Source: Treponemataceae bacterium | GTDB taxonomy: Bacteria > Spirochaetota > Spirochaetia > Treponematales > Rectinemataceae | Length of the DNA: 64,000 bases | Reading direction: 5' to 3' | Assembly: GCA_963677895.2 (NCBI GenBank) | Contig: CAXXGJ010000006.1 | Span: forward strand, 1-64,000 | In this document: one piece after another, positions 49,401 to 57,930 of the stretch | Numbering within the stretch: position 1 is the stretch's first letter | Layout: every line of letters begins with the position of its first letter | Notes under the pieces: model-generated | Database searches by the model: none | Seen by the model: only the letters and a program-made list of their open reading frames with translations | What the model was told of the DNA's origin: nothing | Program-made: the position numbers and the translations under genes

Positions 49401-50776
49401 TTACCCATTAAAACATCGGAGGGAGCGAAGGCGAAGGATTTGTCCCTGCCAGAGGGATCCATCCGGTAAACCCTGCCGTAGAACAGGTTGGTTTCGGCGA
49501 GAATCTGGGATTTATCCAGAACGCTCTTCAGACTGGGGAAGGACTTTACATCGTAACGACCGGCGTACTTTACCGGGCCGGAAATCTGGGTTTGGCCGAT
49601 GAGAAGATCGCTCACCTTACCGAAAAGCAGAAAGTCGCCATCGGTGGCCAGGCCCGAAGCGAAGGTTTTATCCGAGAGATCGCCGCTCGAGAGCGTCTTA
49701 CCCGCTTCACCGAAACGTAGCAAGGTAACGGCGGCCGAACGGGCCGAGGGAAGAGAACCACCCGCGAGGCTAAGGGCGGAGGCGATGCTCATATCGCCCT
49801 TCAATTCGTAGATGCCTGGCCGCTTCAACTCCCCGGAGAGGGAAACTACGGGGCCTATCCCCGGGACGAAGATGGAATCGCCTTCGCGAACGCGCAGATC
49901 CACCGATTTACCGCCCACGAGGGTGTCGTAGAAATCCAATTCCACCTTCTCGAGATCGTTCTTCCCCTGCCGCGTTACGAGAATATTCCTCAAGCTTCCC
50001 GTCTTCTTGATACCCCCGGCCCTGGAGAGAATGGTAGCGACCGTATCGGCACCGGAAGCCAATACCGTGCCCGGACTGCCGGCGAAGCCGGTGACATAGA
50101 CGGGAAACTGTCTCAAGGTAGACAGCGTGAGGCTCATCTCGAGTTTCTTGTAGCGCTTGTCGAGGAGGGTCTTGATCAAGCTTCGCACGTGGCCGAGATC
50201 CTGGCCCCAGACGGAAAGCTGGCCAGCGGGAGGAATGAAGGCAAAGCCATTGCGGTCCACCGTAATCGTATAGGAAGCGGAAATCTCCTTGAGGTCGACA
50301 GGATCGCCCCAGAGATAGAGGACGAAGCTGTCGCCCGGGCCTAGCGTGTAGTCATCGCCGATGGAGGCGAGGGATGGGGCGGTAGGCTTGTCGAAAAGCG
50401 AATAGCCAAATTGGACTTGATCGGTCGCGGAGCCGCCCAAGGCTAAAGCCATCGAGGAGAACATACGCTCAAGGGGGGATACTCCCGCGGGCGTACCCGT
50501 TGCGGCGGCGACGCTGGAAACCACCGATTGGTTCGCGACAGTTAAATTCTTGATCTCCGGTTCCGTTTTGCCAACCATCGGAGCCGCTCCCTGGTTTTGG
50601 GCTGAGATAATCTGGGCCAAGGTAGCCGCGTCCAGACCCTGAAGATCGGCCGACAACGGCGCGGCAGCGGCGCCCGTCGCGGTAAGGCTTGTTTGGGCAT
50701 AAAGCGGCATACCGGCAGTACACAGCAAAAGCACACACCATAAAAAAGCCGCGATTATTTTCTGAATCTTCCGCAC
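43403..50776 (-). CDS. Giant polysaccharide export (OPX/Wza-like) protein with ~21 SLBB/beta-grasp modules, 2457 aa
   Basis: GTG at 50776 after SD GGAGAGGGG; signal peptide; FGYSLF and DYTLGPGD Poly_export motifs; repeated V.G.V..PG.Y...L.P.D.I modules; amphipathic C-terminal helix. Confidence 0.88.
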   Translation of the reverse strand: MRKIQKIIAAFLWCVLLLCTAGMPLYAQTSLTATGAAAAPLSADLQGLDAATLAQIISAQNQGAAPMVGKTEPEIKNLTVANQSVVSSVAAATGTPAGVSPLERMFSSMALALGGSATDQVQFGYSLFDKPTAPSLASIGDDYTLGPGDSFVLYLWGDPVDLKEISASYTITVDRNGFAFIPPAGQLSVWGQDLGHVRSLIKTLLDKRYKKLEMSLTLSTLRQFPVYVTGFAGSPGTVLASGADTVATILSRAGGIKKTGSLRNILVTRQGKNDLEKVELDFYDTLVGGKSVDLRVREGDSIFVPGIGPVVSLSGELKRPGIYELKGDMSIASALSLAGGSLPSARSAAVTLLRFGEAGKTLSSGDLSDKTFASGLATDGDFLLFGKVSDLLIGQTQISGPVKYAGRYDVKSFPSLKSVLDKSQILAETNLFYGRVYRMDPSGRDKSFAFAPSDVLMGKDIPLAEFDRVVLYRYDDTKIDPDFDRFPATLVVSGPVKYPGFYLYRDGITLSKLMADNALTLDANRWYAEIARKTASGAEEYFTFSPDVVLSGETDFTLSPLDRIRFAKRGTEAKLHNFNRFPQAVLLSGQILLPEVYALHPGMKLSEILTRDQILLDTNLNYAEIIRLAVDGKNEYFTFTPEEILSGSRDFELGPRDVIKLVKVGFSPAAPDFDRFSKAVQITGPVQFSGLYAWREGMKLSSLFSRALLRLSANRYYAEIVRPLDGGRYEYKTFAPREVESVIFDVELKAKDSVRLFSTAPPIAALGVKLSAEEGSDEKNKAADSATLSAQASPADQGADNAPDLSGSADVVIQSVQNAQSEGEAIQGADLERFLEVVTVTGSVRYIGPYARTPSLKLSSIIAPDQILEETNLDYAELTRLREDGSYEFFTFSPREVLTHTYDLELKARDAIRFAKKTLFGGKLSPTNVQKFSDVVQLTGQIARPEVYALLPGMKLSALLSEDQLLLDTNRNYAEIQRYKADGKDEYFTFRPGELLSGDWDFDLGPRDVVRFFKVGYNLATPDFDRYANAVQVQGAVRFGGLYAWREGTTLSSILSLAALRMDTNRYYAEVARPLGGGRFEYVTFAPREIASGAFDVELKPKDVIKLFTSAPALASKPGAKEGEKVAPEGSSGLLSVEALADGVPAFPTPEAPEAGEGTTGIDLTRPLEVVQVAGSIRYTGPYARTPQLNLSSIVTSEQLLEETNLEYAELTRLKQDGNYEYITFAPRDVVEGTFDLALRARDSIGFYKKTAFGGLIAQPNLDKFSALVQLIGAAARPELFALRPDMKLSNVLTRDQILLDTNLNYAEITRLKTDGKNEYITFRPSEVLDGSWDFDLGPRDVIKLVKVGYAPAVQDLDRFVNAVQLSGPAQFAGLYAWREDMRLSSLLAKAKPSLVINQVYAEVVRPLGGDTFEYLTFSPKEVASGIFDLSLKARDSVRLYTTVPTALVKQGAETPPAASMAATPVVAEAAVVPAETPSAEVPADLGRFLEVVTVSGAVRYSGPWARTPTLMISSVITADQMLEETNLDYAELTRLRDDGSHEYRTFAPKDVLERKFDLALRAKDSIRLVKKTTFGGTLAAANIEMFADLVQLIGQVARPEVFALRPGMKLSALLTKDQMLLDTNLNYAEIMRLKADGKNEYLTFRPGEVISGEWDLALGPRDQIRLVTVNYRPEMPDFDRYPEAILVTGPAQFSGIFAWKKSMKLSSVQAMVKPLLIMNQVYAEIVRPLKGGKKQTITFAPREVGSGVFDIELQPRDIIQYYSTLSPPVQSQTLGPVRNGTQNGKIPEASVEAQPAAASPSSATLPAAPPMGGEPSAPSSSDISPDVGFFLEIVNVTGVIRYVGPYARTPTLKLSSVVTSEQILQETNLDYAELTRRKPDGGWEFKSFSPREVLAGKVDMDLRAQDWIRFVNVGYLPEKPDFDHFGNAYAVVGSARRTGLYSTDSPKLLSEIITPEQVISTTYLYFAEIERWIMGGRIEYKTFSPYAVLVGLQDERIFPRDIIRLIPADERTQTYDFSRNPDTVLIKGTTRYPGRYAWYEGLRLSHILAEDDLLIETDTSYAEVRRRSMDSETILSFSPSNIVQGRTDVELQPRDNVIFYPKYNKLPVTASGEVQEPKVIPYYDNMEFSQVLRSVKLKIDLSSLKAVVTRTNGETLNIYLEEYLKRQSATQLVLQPGDAISFKQLLPEENLPIVTVRGAVQAPQSIEFVSGMRLADALQSAGGYDPRAYPKGIILIRRTAAENQKKQVDRIISQLEAVTGAGNALPNSTDTALSSAAAVVANLQIDLAVQRARLGSLKQMYKDGFGRISIDIPPSIEELARSSSNVVLERDDLIFVPTTPTYVLVSGEVSDQNVVAFRDGLTVRQAIAESGWLSNNADLQKTYIMRASGKLDSTEGKGFLFFRPSILKFELYPGDTVVVVAKSSKINVGWGFFKDIIDSGYKIMYTVMSTVSLLGL

Positions 50777-50904
50777 TGTATCCCCTCTCCGGATTGAGAT
50801 TAGGATCTCGATAAGGCAAGCAATGCCTTGGTCGAAACAAGAATATACCACAGTAAAGAAACTATAGGGAATCGGATAAAAACGAGTCAATCTTAATATT
50901 GAGA

Positions 50905-52011
50905 TCAATTCCCTCGTGATTCATAGTTTTTTTCTATCCAATTTCTATATTCACCCGAACGCACGCGGGAACACCACCCTTTGTTGTTTAAATACCAACG
51001 CACCGTCTTTCTCAATCCATCGTCGAAAGTGAAGTGCTGCTTCCAGCCAAGTTCGGCTTTGAGTTTCGAACAATCGATGGCATAGCGACGGTCGTGACCA
51101 GGCCTATCCTTAACGTAAGTGATGAGCGCGTTCAGCGATTCGACACTCTTTCCGCTTTCTTCGGCGACAAGCTCGATGAGGCGGCGAAGGAGCGTGATAT
51201 TCTCCCATTCGTTTTCACCGCCGATATTGTAGGTTTCGCCAGCCCGGCCACGATTCATGATGGTCCACACCGCTTCATTATGGTCTTCCACATACACCCA
51301 GTCGCGGATATTCCTGCCATCGCCATAGACGGGAAGCGATTTACCTTCGAGCATGTTGAGAATCATCAATGGAATCAATTTTTCCGGGAATTGATACGGC
51401 CCATAATTGTTGGAACAGTTCGATACAGTGACAGGGAGGCCATAGGTATGGAAATAGGCTTTGGCCAGGTGATCACTCGAGGCTTTGGATGCCGAATAGG
51501 GCGAACGCGGATCGTAGGCTGTGGATTCGGTGAAATAACCCGAGTCACCCAGTGAACCGAAAACCTCGTCCGTGCTCACATGATGGAAAAGAACATCGTC
51601 ACGGGCGCCGCCCGCCGCGGCACCTGCGGCACCGACGCCCCAGGCTTTTCGCGCGACATCGAGCAACGTATAGGTGCCAAGGACATTCGTTCTGATGAAC
51701 GCTTCGGGTCCGAGAATCGAACGATCGACATGGCTTTCCGCGGCGAAATGAACCACCGTGTCGATGTCATAGTCGGTAAGGACCTTCTCGGCCAAGCTCC
51801 TGTCGCCGATATCCCCTTTGACGAAATAATACCTCGAGCCGCCGAACGCAGCATCTATATCGGCAAGGCTCTCAGGATTTCCCGCATAGGTGAGCGCATC
51901 GAAATTGATGATGCGGCCGGAGAAGTCATCCCGGGCGAAAAGCCAGTGGATGAAGTTCGAACCTATAAAACCTGAACCGCCTGTGACAAGGATAGAGGAT
52001 AATTTTCTCAT
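50905..52011 (-). CDS. rfbB: dTDP-glucose 4,6-dehydratase
   Basis: GGSGFIG, AAESHVDRS, STDEV, YSASK, RPGHDRRY. Confidence 0.95.
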   Translation of the reverse strand: MRKLSSILVTGGSGFIGSNFIHWLFARDDFSGRIINFDALTYAGNPESLADIDAAFGGSRYYFVKGDIGDRSLAEKVLTDYDIDTVVHFAAESHVDRSILGPEAFIRTNVLGTYTLLDVARKAWGVGAAGAAAGGARDDVLFHHVSTDEVFGSLGDSGYFTESTAYDPRSPYSASKASSDHLAKAYFHTYGLPVTVSNCSNNYGPYQFPEKLIPLMILNMLEGKSLPVYGDGRNIRDWVYVEDHNEAVWTIMNRGRAGETYNIGGENEWENITLLRRLIELVAEESGKSVESLNALITYVKDRPGHDRRYAIDCSKLKAELGWKQHFTFDDGLRKTVRWYLNNKGWCSRVRSGEYRNWIEKNYESRGN

Positions 52012-52051
52012 TAAGATTCCTCAAAAGTTAAATATATTGGGTCAATCCCTG

Positions 52052-52717
52052 TTACAGTTTCAGGGCATCTGGCGGTTTTGGGAGATCCTTGAACCACTTT
52101 TTCCACAACATTGTTCGCGGGCTCACCAGCGACCAAGCGGTGAGGAAGATGAGTTTGAAGTAATTTCCCAGCGTGCGGTTTTTCGTCCACCAGACCTCAA
52201 GATCGCCCTTATAGGGAGCGATGACAGTATCATGAAAGTGATCGCGGTCGCCGGGAACTTCATCGAGGATGGATTCCTCATCGCGGAAAACCACTGAGCC
52301 AATGCCCGTGAGCCCGGGCGGCACGGCGTCGATAGCCGTGCGAACCGACAACGAATACAGTTCATAGTGACGCCTCGCCTGTGGGCGGGGACCGACAAAG
52401 CTCATTTGGCCCAAGAAGATGTTGACGAGCTGAGGAAGCTCGTTGATCTTCGTCTTTCGCAGGAAATTGCCCATGGGCAGGATGCGTGGATCATTTTTCT
52501 GCGTGAGGACGCCTCCCGGCAGGTTGGGACTGTTTTTAAGCATGGTGGCGAACTTGAAAACATTGAAGTTGTGACCGTCCGATCCGACGCGAGGCTGTAG
52601 GTAGAAGATATAGTGCTCGCCCGTGAGCTTGAGGCCGATCATGATGGGCAACATGAAAGGGAAGAGAACAAGCATAGCGAGGCCTGAACAGACTATGTCG
52701 AGCATTCTTATGAGCAA
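52052..52717 (-). CDS. Small phosphoglycosyl transferase (PglC-like sugar transferase)
   Basis: KFATM, DPR, LRKTKINELPQL, MSFVGPRP, PGLTG. Confidence 0.88.
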   Translation of the reverse strand: MLIRMLDIVCSGLAMLVLFPFMLPIMIGLKLTGEHYIFYLQPRVGSDGHNFNVFKFATMLKNSPNLPGGVLTQKNDPRILPMGNFLRKTKINELPQLVNIFLGQMSFVGPRPQARRHYELYSLSVRTAIDAVPPGLTGIGSVVFRDEESILDEVPGDRDHFHDTVIAPYKGDLEVWWTKNRTLGNYFKLIFLTAWSLVSPRTMLWKKWFKDLPKPPDALKL

Positions 52718-52719
52718 GA

Positions 52720-53910
52720 TTACATCCTTCCGTCGAGAAACTTCCCTGTTTCTTTATGGGCGAATTCGGGGATAGTGGCATTGAAGAGATCGATGAGCTC
52801 AGCGCGCGTCCAATGGCCTCTTTCGCGCATGGCGCATATCTCGGACTCGAATCGTTCGAGAATGGGGGCATCGTAGGTAGGATCATTTCTAATTACACCG
52901 ATGGATTCGAAGCGCTCCATATCAAGACTTTCCTTCTCGGTGAAGAACTCCTCGAAGTCCTTTTCGCCTGTTGTGTCGCTTGCGAAGAAGTAGACCGGCC
53001 ACTTGCCTTGCGCTTTTAACTCACCCACACGGGCGCGAGCTTCATCCTCGCTCGAACACTCCACAGGCTCATAGCCCTGGCGCCTCAGATACCTCTCAGC
53101 GATCTCGGAGAACGTTATAAGATTCGCCTCCGCATTAAGCTTTGGAAAGAAGAGATCGCGGTTTTTGCCTAGGAGCGCTGACATAAGACAAAGCTCGCCT
53201 GATTCTTTGGGCGTGACAAAGTAGCGCCTGACATCATTGGGAGCGGAAATGGGCTGTTCTTTCTCTAAGCGTCTATTGAAACCATAGAGAAGGCTCCCAT
53301 CAGAGAAGGCCACATTGGCGAAACGGGCGGTAGATACAGGTAACTCGAGACTCCGGCGCATAAGAAAATATTCCATGATACGCTTGCTGGCGCCCATCAT
53401 GTTCACGGGATTCGCCGCTTTGTCTGTCGACACACAGAAATACTTCCTCGCGCCCGCCGCGGCAGCTTGCCTCATGGTCTTGTCGGTGTTGAACACATTG
53501 ACATCGACCATGCGCATCAAGGTGTAAGGATCCTTCTCGCTACGCACATGTTTCAGCGCGGAAAGATTGAGCACGTAATCGTAACCGGGGCCATTCTCGA
53601 TGAAGGCATCGAAAATCCCGCTCCCAGCGTCGATGGCGAAGGTGGCAAACTCGCCCGAAGAATACCCGATGGACGAGCGCAGATCGCGCACCAGCTCGAC
53701 CATGTTGTTCTCGCTGATATCCACCACATGGAGCAGCTTCGGATCGCGCCTAAAAATCTCGCGCGTGACCGCTTGGCCGATGGAGCCGGCACCGCCAATG
53801 ACGAGAAAGCGCGAGGCTTTGACGAGGCGGGACAAATCGACCTCGTGTTTAGCCAGGTCGGCGGCGAAGAGTTCATTTTTTCTACCGATGAGATCAAGAA
53901 CAGAATCCAT
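52720..53910 (-). CDS. UDP-GlcNAc 4,6-dehydratase (soluble PglF/CapD-like)
   Basis: GGAGSIG, ALKHV, STDKAANP.NMMGASK, RFANV. Confidence 0.88.
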   Translation of the reverse strand: MDSVLDLIGRKNELFAADLAKHEVDLSRLVKASRFLVIGGAGSIGQAVTREIFRRDPKLLHVVDISENNMVELVRDLRSSIGYSSGEFATFAIDAGSGIFDAFIENGPGYDYVLNLSALKHVRSEKDPYTLMRMVDVNVFNTDKTMRQAAAAGARKYFCVSTDKAANPVNMMGASKRIMEYFLMRRSLELPVSTARFANVAFSDGSLLYGFNRRLEKEQPISAPNDVRRYFVTPKESGELCLMSALLGKNRDLFFPKLNAEANLITFSEIAERYLRRQGYEPVECSSEDEARARVGELKAQGKWPVYFFASDTTGEKDFEEFFTEKESLDMERFESIGVIRNDPTYDAPILERFESEICAMRERGHWTRAELIDLFNATIPEFAHKETGKFLDGRM

Positions 53911-53931
53911 GAATACTCCAAATAAATGTGA

Positions 53932-55083
53932 TCAACCCTTTTTTAGGTTCTTTTCGAGAGAATCGCATACGAGATCCACTTCGGCTATCGTCATCGTGGG
54001 ATAGAGGGGAAGGGTGAGCTCGTGTTCGCTGATGTACTGGCTCTTGGGCGTCGGCCCCACCCTGTCCTTATAAGCTGTGAAGCTCTGTATGGAAGGATAA
54101 TGGATAGAGGTCTGGATGCCATCTTCCTTCATCCGCTCGATGAGCGCGGCCCTGTCGATTTCTTTGGAAAGAAGAACCGGCATGATATGGTACGTAGGAG
54201 TACCTCTATCGTAATGGCGGAACGGAACGCTCAAGAATTTCCCCATCGCGTCCAGCCGGGGAAAATACCGCGCCACAAGCGCCGCGCGAGCGGCATTCGC
54301 CTCGGGCAATTTAGCGAGCTGCACAAGCCCCAAAGCGGAGCGGACTTCGTCGATACGATAATTGAACCCTGGCTCTACGACATCGTAGGTAGCAGCGCGG
54401 CCTTTCATCCTGTCGAAACTGGCGACTGTCATCCCATGGGAACGCAAATTCTTGCACTTCTGGAACAACTCCAGATCGCGCGTGGCTACCATACCGCCCT
54501 CGCCCACCGCCAGATTCTTGTTGGAGAAGAAACTCCAAGCCGAAATATCGCCGAAGGTACCGAGCTTCCTGCCTTTATAGGACCCGCCATTCGAATGCGC
54601 ACAGTCTTCGATAAGCTTAAGATTGTGCCGCCTGCAGATATCCACGATCGCATCCATATCGCAGGCATAGCCCGCATAGTGCACGATCATCACCGCCTTG
54701 GTCTTGGGCGTAATCTTAGCCTCGATATCGGCAGGATCCATCGCCCAATCCTCGAGCGACGTCACATCCCCAATCACCACCTCGCCGCCCGACACCCTCA
54801 CCGAATTGAGATCAGCAATGAACGTGAGCGAAGGCACAATCACCTCATCTCCAGGCTTCACACCACATGCCAGCACGGCAATATGAAGCGCCGCCGTCCC
54901 ATTCGAAACCGCCACGCACTTCGAATCTTGCTTGAGTTCTCTGCTATAGGCTTCCTCGAAATCCAAGGTCCTCTGCCCCATCGTGATCCACCCTGATTTA
55001 AGAGTGTCCATCACAGCGCCATATTCGCGTTCATCGTAATTTAGTTTGAAGAGCTGTACTTTCCACTGAATCGTTCCCGCCAT
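53932..55083 (-). CDS. DegT/DnrJ/EryC1/StrS aminotransferase
   Basis: SNGTAALH, EDCAH, SFFSNKNL..GEGG, GFNYR, TLPLYP. Confidence 0.92.
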   Translation of the reverse strand: MAGTIQWKVQLFKLNYDEREYGAVMDTLKSGWITMGQRTLDFEEAYSRELKQDSKCVAVSNGTAALHIAVLACGVKPGDEVIVPSLTFIADLNSVRVSGGEVVIGDVTSLEDWAMDPADIEAKITPKTKAVMIVHYAGYACDMDAIVDICRRHNLKLIEDCAHSNGGSYKGRKLGTFGDISAWSFFSNKNLAVGEGGMVATRDLELFQKCKNLRSHGMTVASFDRMKGRAATYDVVEPGFNYRIDEVRSALGLVQLAKLPEANAARAALVARYFPRLDAMGKFLSVPFRHYDRGTPTYHIMPVLLSKEIDRAALIERMKEDGIQTSIHYPSIQSFTAYKDRVGPTPKSQYISEHELTLPLYPTMTIAEVDLVCDSLEKNLKKG

Positions 55084-55094
55084 ATTCACCTTCC

Positions 55095-55311
55095 TTATTG
55101 CTTGGGCAAACGCCCACCGAGCATCACATCAAAAACGAGATCCCTGTTCTTCTCCACAAATTCCAACACCCTCTCAAGCTTCTTTTTATCAGTCGGCAGA
55201 TTCACCACATGAGCAGCGGCAAACACCGCGTTCGGATACCGTTCCGGCTCAAAACCCCACTTGCTCAAATCACCCTCGACAGGATGCAAAGGCGAACGGA
55301 ACCAATCCCCC
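55095..55311 (-). pseudogene. C-terminal remnant of a DegT-like gene cut by IS3
   Basis: Frame reads GDWFRSPLHP...YPNA..AA..VVNLPT* and begins exactly at the IS3 end. Confidence 0.65.
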
Positions 55312-55386
55312 TATACTGAGCCTATCGGGTAGGACCACTACAGAAACTGAATAAGGTGGAATATCCTAGGAAAAGGAGCGTCCACC

Positions 55387-55689
55387 ATGAGGAAGAAGTT
55401 CGACGAGCAGTTCAAGGCAATGGTAGCCCTCGAGGCAGTAAAAGAGGAGCTTACGCTCCAGGAGTTAGCCGAAAAGTACCAAGTCCATCCGAATCAGATC
55501 AGCGTCTGGAAGAAGAAGCTCTTGGAACAGTCCTCGGCGCTCTTTGAACGAAAGAACAAGAAGGACGAGGAATACAACCAGCTCAAGAAGGAGAAGGAAG
55601 AACTCTTCCGCCAGCTAGGGCAAATGCAGTACGAGAACGAGTGGCTAAAAAAAAAGTACAAACAGCTGTACGGCAAAGATCCAGGCTGA
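55387..55689 (+). CDS. IS3 transposase OrfA
   Basis: FKA.VALEA, ELAEKYQVHPNQIS.WK, ENEWLKKK. Confidence 0.92.
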   Translation: MRKKFDEQFKAMVALEAVKEELTLQELAEKYQVHPNQISVWKKKLLEQSSALFERKNKKDEEYNQLKKEKEELFRQLGQMQYENEWLKKKYKQLYGKDPG

Positions 55690-56522
55690 TCGAACCAAAG
55701 GAGCCCGTCTTGTCAGTGCGACGTCAGTGTGAGCTGCTCAAGGTCCAAAGGAGTTGCGTCTATTATCGCTCTAAGCCTACTCAAGACTTGAACCATGAGC
55801 GACATAAAGCGCTTATCCTCGCTATAAACGGGAAGTTGCCCTTCTATGGCTATCGAAAGATCACGCTGGAACTGCAGTCAAAGAAAAGTGAGCTCAGCCA
55901 AAAGCAGGTTCGCAGGCTCATGCATTCAATGCATCTTAAGGCGTTGCATGCCAAGAAAATGACCAGCATGAAGCATCCTGAGAATCCTATTTATCCGTAC
56001 CTACTGAAGAATATCGTTGTACGATATCCCAACCAGGTCTGGATCTCTGACCTGACATACATCAAGCTTCCTGGCCTTGGGTATGTATACCTCGTCGCCA
56101 TCATGGATCTCTATAGCCGCAAGGTGCTGTCTTGGAGGCTTTCCAACAGCATGGACTCATTATTCTGCGAAGAAGCCTTGAAAGAGGCCATAACGCGCTA
56201 TGGTGCCCCTTCTATATTCAATACCGACCAAGGGAGCCAGTTTACTTCGAATTCGTTTACCCAGATTCTGCAGGATCATTGGATCAGGATCAGCATGGAC
56301 GACCGAGGCCGCTGGCGGGACAACGTACACATTGAACGGCTCTGGAGAACCGTCAAGTATGAGGACATCTACCTCCAGAGTTACGAAAATCTAAGGGCAT
56401 TAAAACGAGGGTTGGCCTTGTATTTCGATTTCTATAATCGGTACCGGTTTCATCAGAACCTGGACTACGAGACGCCCGATCAGCGCTATCGTTCGTTTCA
56501 GGCGAAGGATTTGGCGGCGTGA
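55647..56522 (+). CDS. IS3 transposase OrfB (DDE; -1 frameshift fusion to OrfA)
   Basis: YGYRK, PNQVWISDLTY, NTDQGSQFTS, DN..IERLWRT.KYE. Confidence 0.92.
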   Translation, partial: KKKVQTAVRQRSRLIEPKEPVLSVRRQCELLKVQRSCVYYRSKPTQDLNHERHKALILAINGKLPFYGYRKITLELQSKKSELSQKQVRRLMHSMHLKALHAKKMTSMKHPENPIYPYLLKNIVVRYPNQVWISDLTYIKLPGLGYVYLVAIMDLYSRKVLSWRLSNSMDSLFCEEALKEAITRYGAPSIFNTDQGSQFTSNSFTQILQDHWIRISMDDRGRWRDNVHIERLWRTVKYEDIYLQSYENLRALKRGLALYFDFYNRYRFHQNLDYETPDQRYRSFQAKDLAA

Positions 56523-56575
56523 ATCACCACCGTATTCGTTAGCTGTTTTTAGTCTTGATCTGAGGGCCCAGCATA

Positions 56576-57265
56576 ATCCTTTCTGTCTTCCTTCTCGCTT
56601 CATCCAGCAGCGTCACATCGTGGAGGAATCTTATGTCTTCGGGCGCACAGGTCGCATCAACAATCAACGTACCTTTATTCTCGCTTTCCTTTGCTTCCCC
56701 TTCTCCTGAACAATTCCCCTTATCGTCATCATTGTGGCTTTCGTCATCGGCTTTGCTTTTCTCTATGATCAGATCATTCACTTCTTTTAGGATATCCGCT
56801 GACAGCCTCTTTCTGAAATGCACCATCATGCTCGGATCGAAAGGTATTTCATATTTGTACCCTTCATATCCCAGGAAGTATTGCTAGTAGGGATTCTCTC
56901 GTATATCTTCTACCAGCTCTTCGTCAGATAGATTCTTCTTCCCTTTTATAATGAGAGCGCCTAACGCGACTTTTACCGGGATCGCCGGTCTACCATTATT
57001 GGCGACAAACAGTTTGGAATACTTTTCTTCAACATCTTTCCATGGTATTAGGCTTGCCAAGATTACCCATCGGTTATCTGCTTTCAGGCTGCCCCCGAAC
57101 ACCATGTCGAACTGGTCAAACTCAGGCGTATACTTTGGTATTCTGTACATCTCGCCTTCCAAGTGCACGACTTTTTCATGTTTCTCTTCAATTTCCGTGC
57201 ACTTTTCTGGTCCATTATACCATATATCCCTTTGCCTAATTTGACTTTATTACTTTTTCAGGAGC
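56576..57265 (-). mobile_element. Truncated IS5-family copy (5' part only, nonsense codon at 56884-56886)
   Basis: Matches 60874-61563 by eye with identical ORF translations; NRWV.LA..IPW, ENPY*QYF, LIVDAT; cut by IS3. Confidence 0.9.
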
Positions 57266-57324
57266 CTTCTCTTAGATATTTTTATTTACTCTTAATAAAA
57301 TACGAGCTTAGCTTCAAATCAACA

Positions 57325-57845
57325 ACCTCGCAGCAAGCTGCCTAGGTATAAAGAAAATTCACTCGAATAGTTTTAGTTGCCTATTCTCGTATAGTTTCTC
57401 GTACTCTTTAGGTTCCCTACCTTGATTCTTTACATATTCCATTATCGTGTCTTCATTTCCGTATTTCCCGACACTTCCTACATAGTACCCGCTTGTCCAA
57501 AATTCTCCACCCCACAGCATCTTCTTTACTTCTGGTCGTCTTCTGAATACTTCTCGTGCTGTTATGCTTTTTATTATCTGTGCTACTTGCTTTGGACTCA
57601 TCATCGGTATGGCTTGCACTAGAAAATGCACATGATCTTTCTCTGTTCCTATCTCCAGAAATTGCACTTCATAGCGCTTTTCTATCTCTATACAAATTTC
57701 TTTTATTGCTTCATCTACTTCTTTCGTTATTACAATTTTCCTATATTTCGCTGGACATACTATATGATAGATCAATACTGACACATTATGACTCTTATGT
57801 ATAAATTCGCTCATTCTTTTATTCTTCCAGACGCAGCAAACTGCG
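57325..57845 (-). mobile_element. IS200-like element (tnpA only)
   Basis: Subterminal hairpins GCAGC-AA-GCTGC (57330-57341) and CGCAG-CAAA-CTGCG (57832-57845) flank tnpA. Confidence 0.85.
57359..57814 (-). CDS. tnpA: IS200/IS605 family Y1 HUH transposase
   Basis: YHIV..KYR, DHVH (HUH), FWTSGYY, YVKNQ. Confidence 0.95.
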   Translation of the reverse strand: MSEFIHKSHNVSVLIYHIVCPAKYRKIVITKEVDEAIKEICIEIEKRYEVQFLEIGTEKDHVHFLVQAIPMMSPKQVAQIIKSITAREVFRRRPEVKKMLWGGEFWTSGYYVGSVGKYGNEDTIMEYVKNQGREPKEYEKLYENRQLKLFE

Positions 57846-57930
57846 AAGAATTAAACCTGTAGAGATTAATAAATATAATATCATTTGTCATTGGTATGGC
57901 ATTAAAATATTTCGATGCAAAACCATAAAA

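Larger units (their letters stand above)
55312..56575 (+). mobile_element. IS3 family element (1264 bp), no flanking direct repeat
   Basis: Imperfect terminal IRs TATACTGAGCC / TATGCTGGGCC; orfA and orfB; A9G slippery site at 55647-55656. Confidence 0.9.

Noticed and set aside
50777..50908. N-terminal extensions in the ORF track (also at 1815, 4356, 9220, 11474, 22790, 33049, 35846)
   Set aside because: Downstream starts fit the SD or promoter position and the family N-termini better
57266..57358. tnpB or omega-RNA beside IS200 tnpA
   Set aside because: The terminal hairpin follows tnpA directly; no room and no ORF
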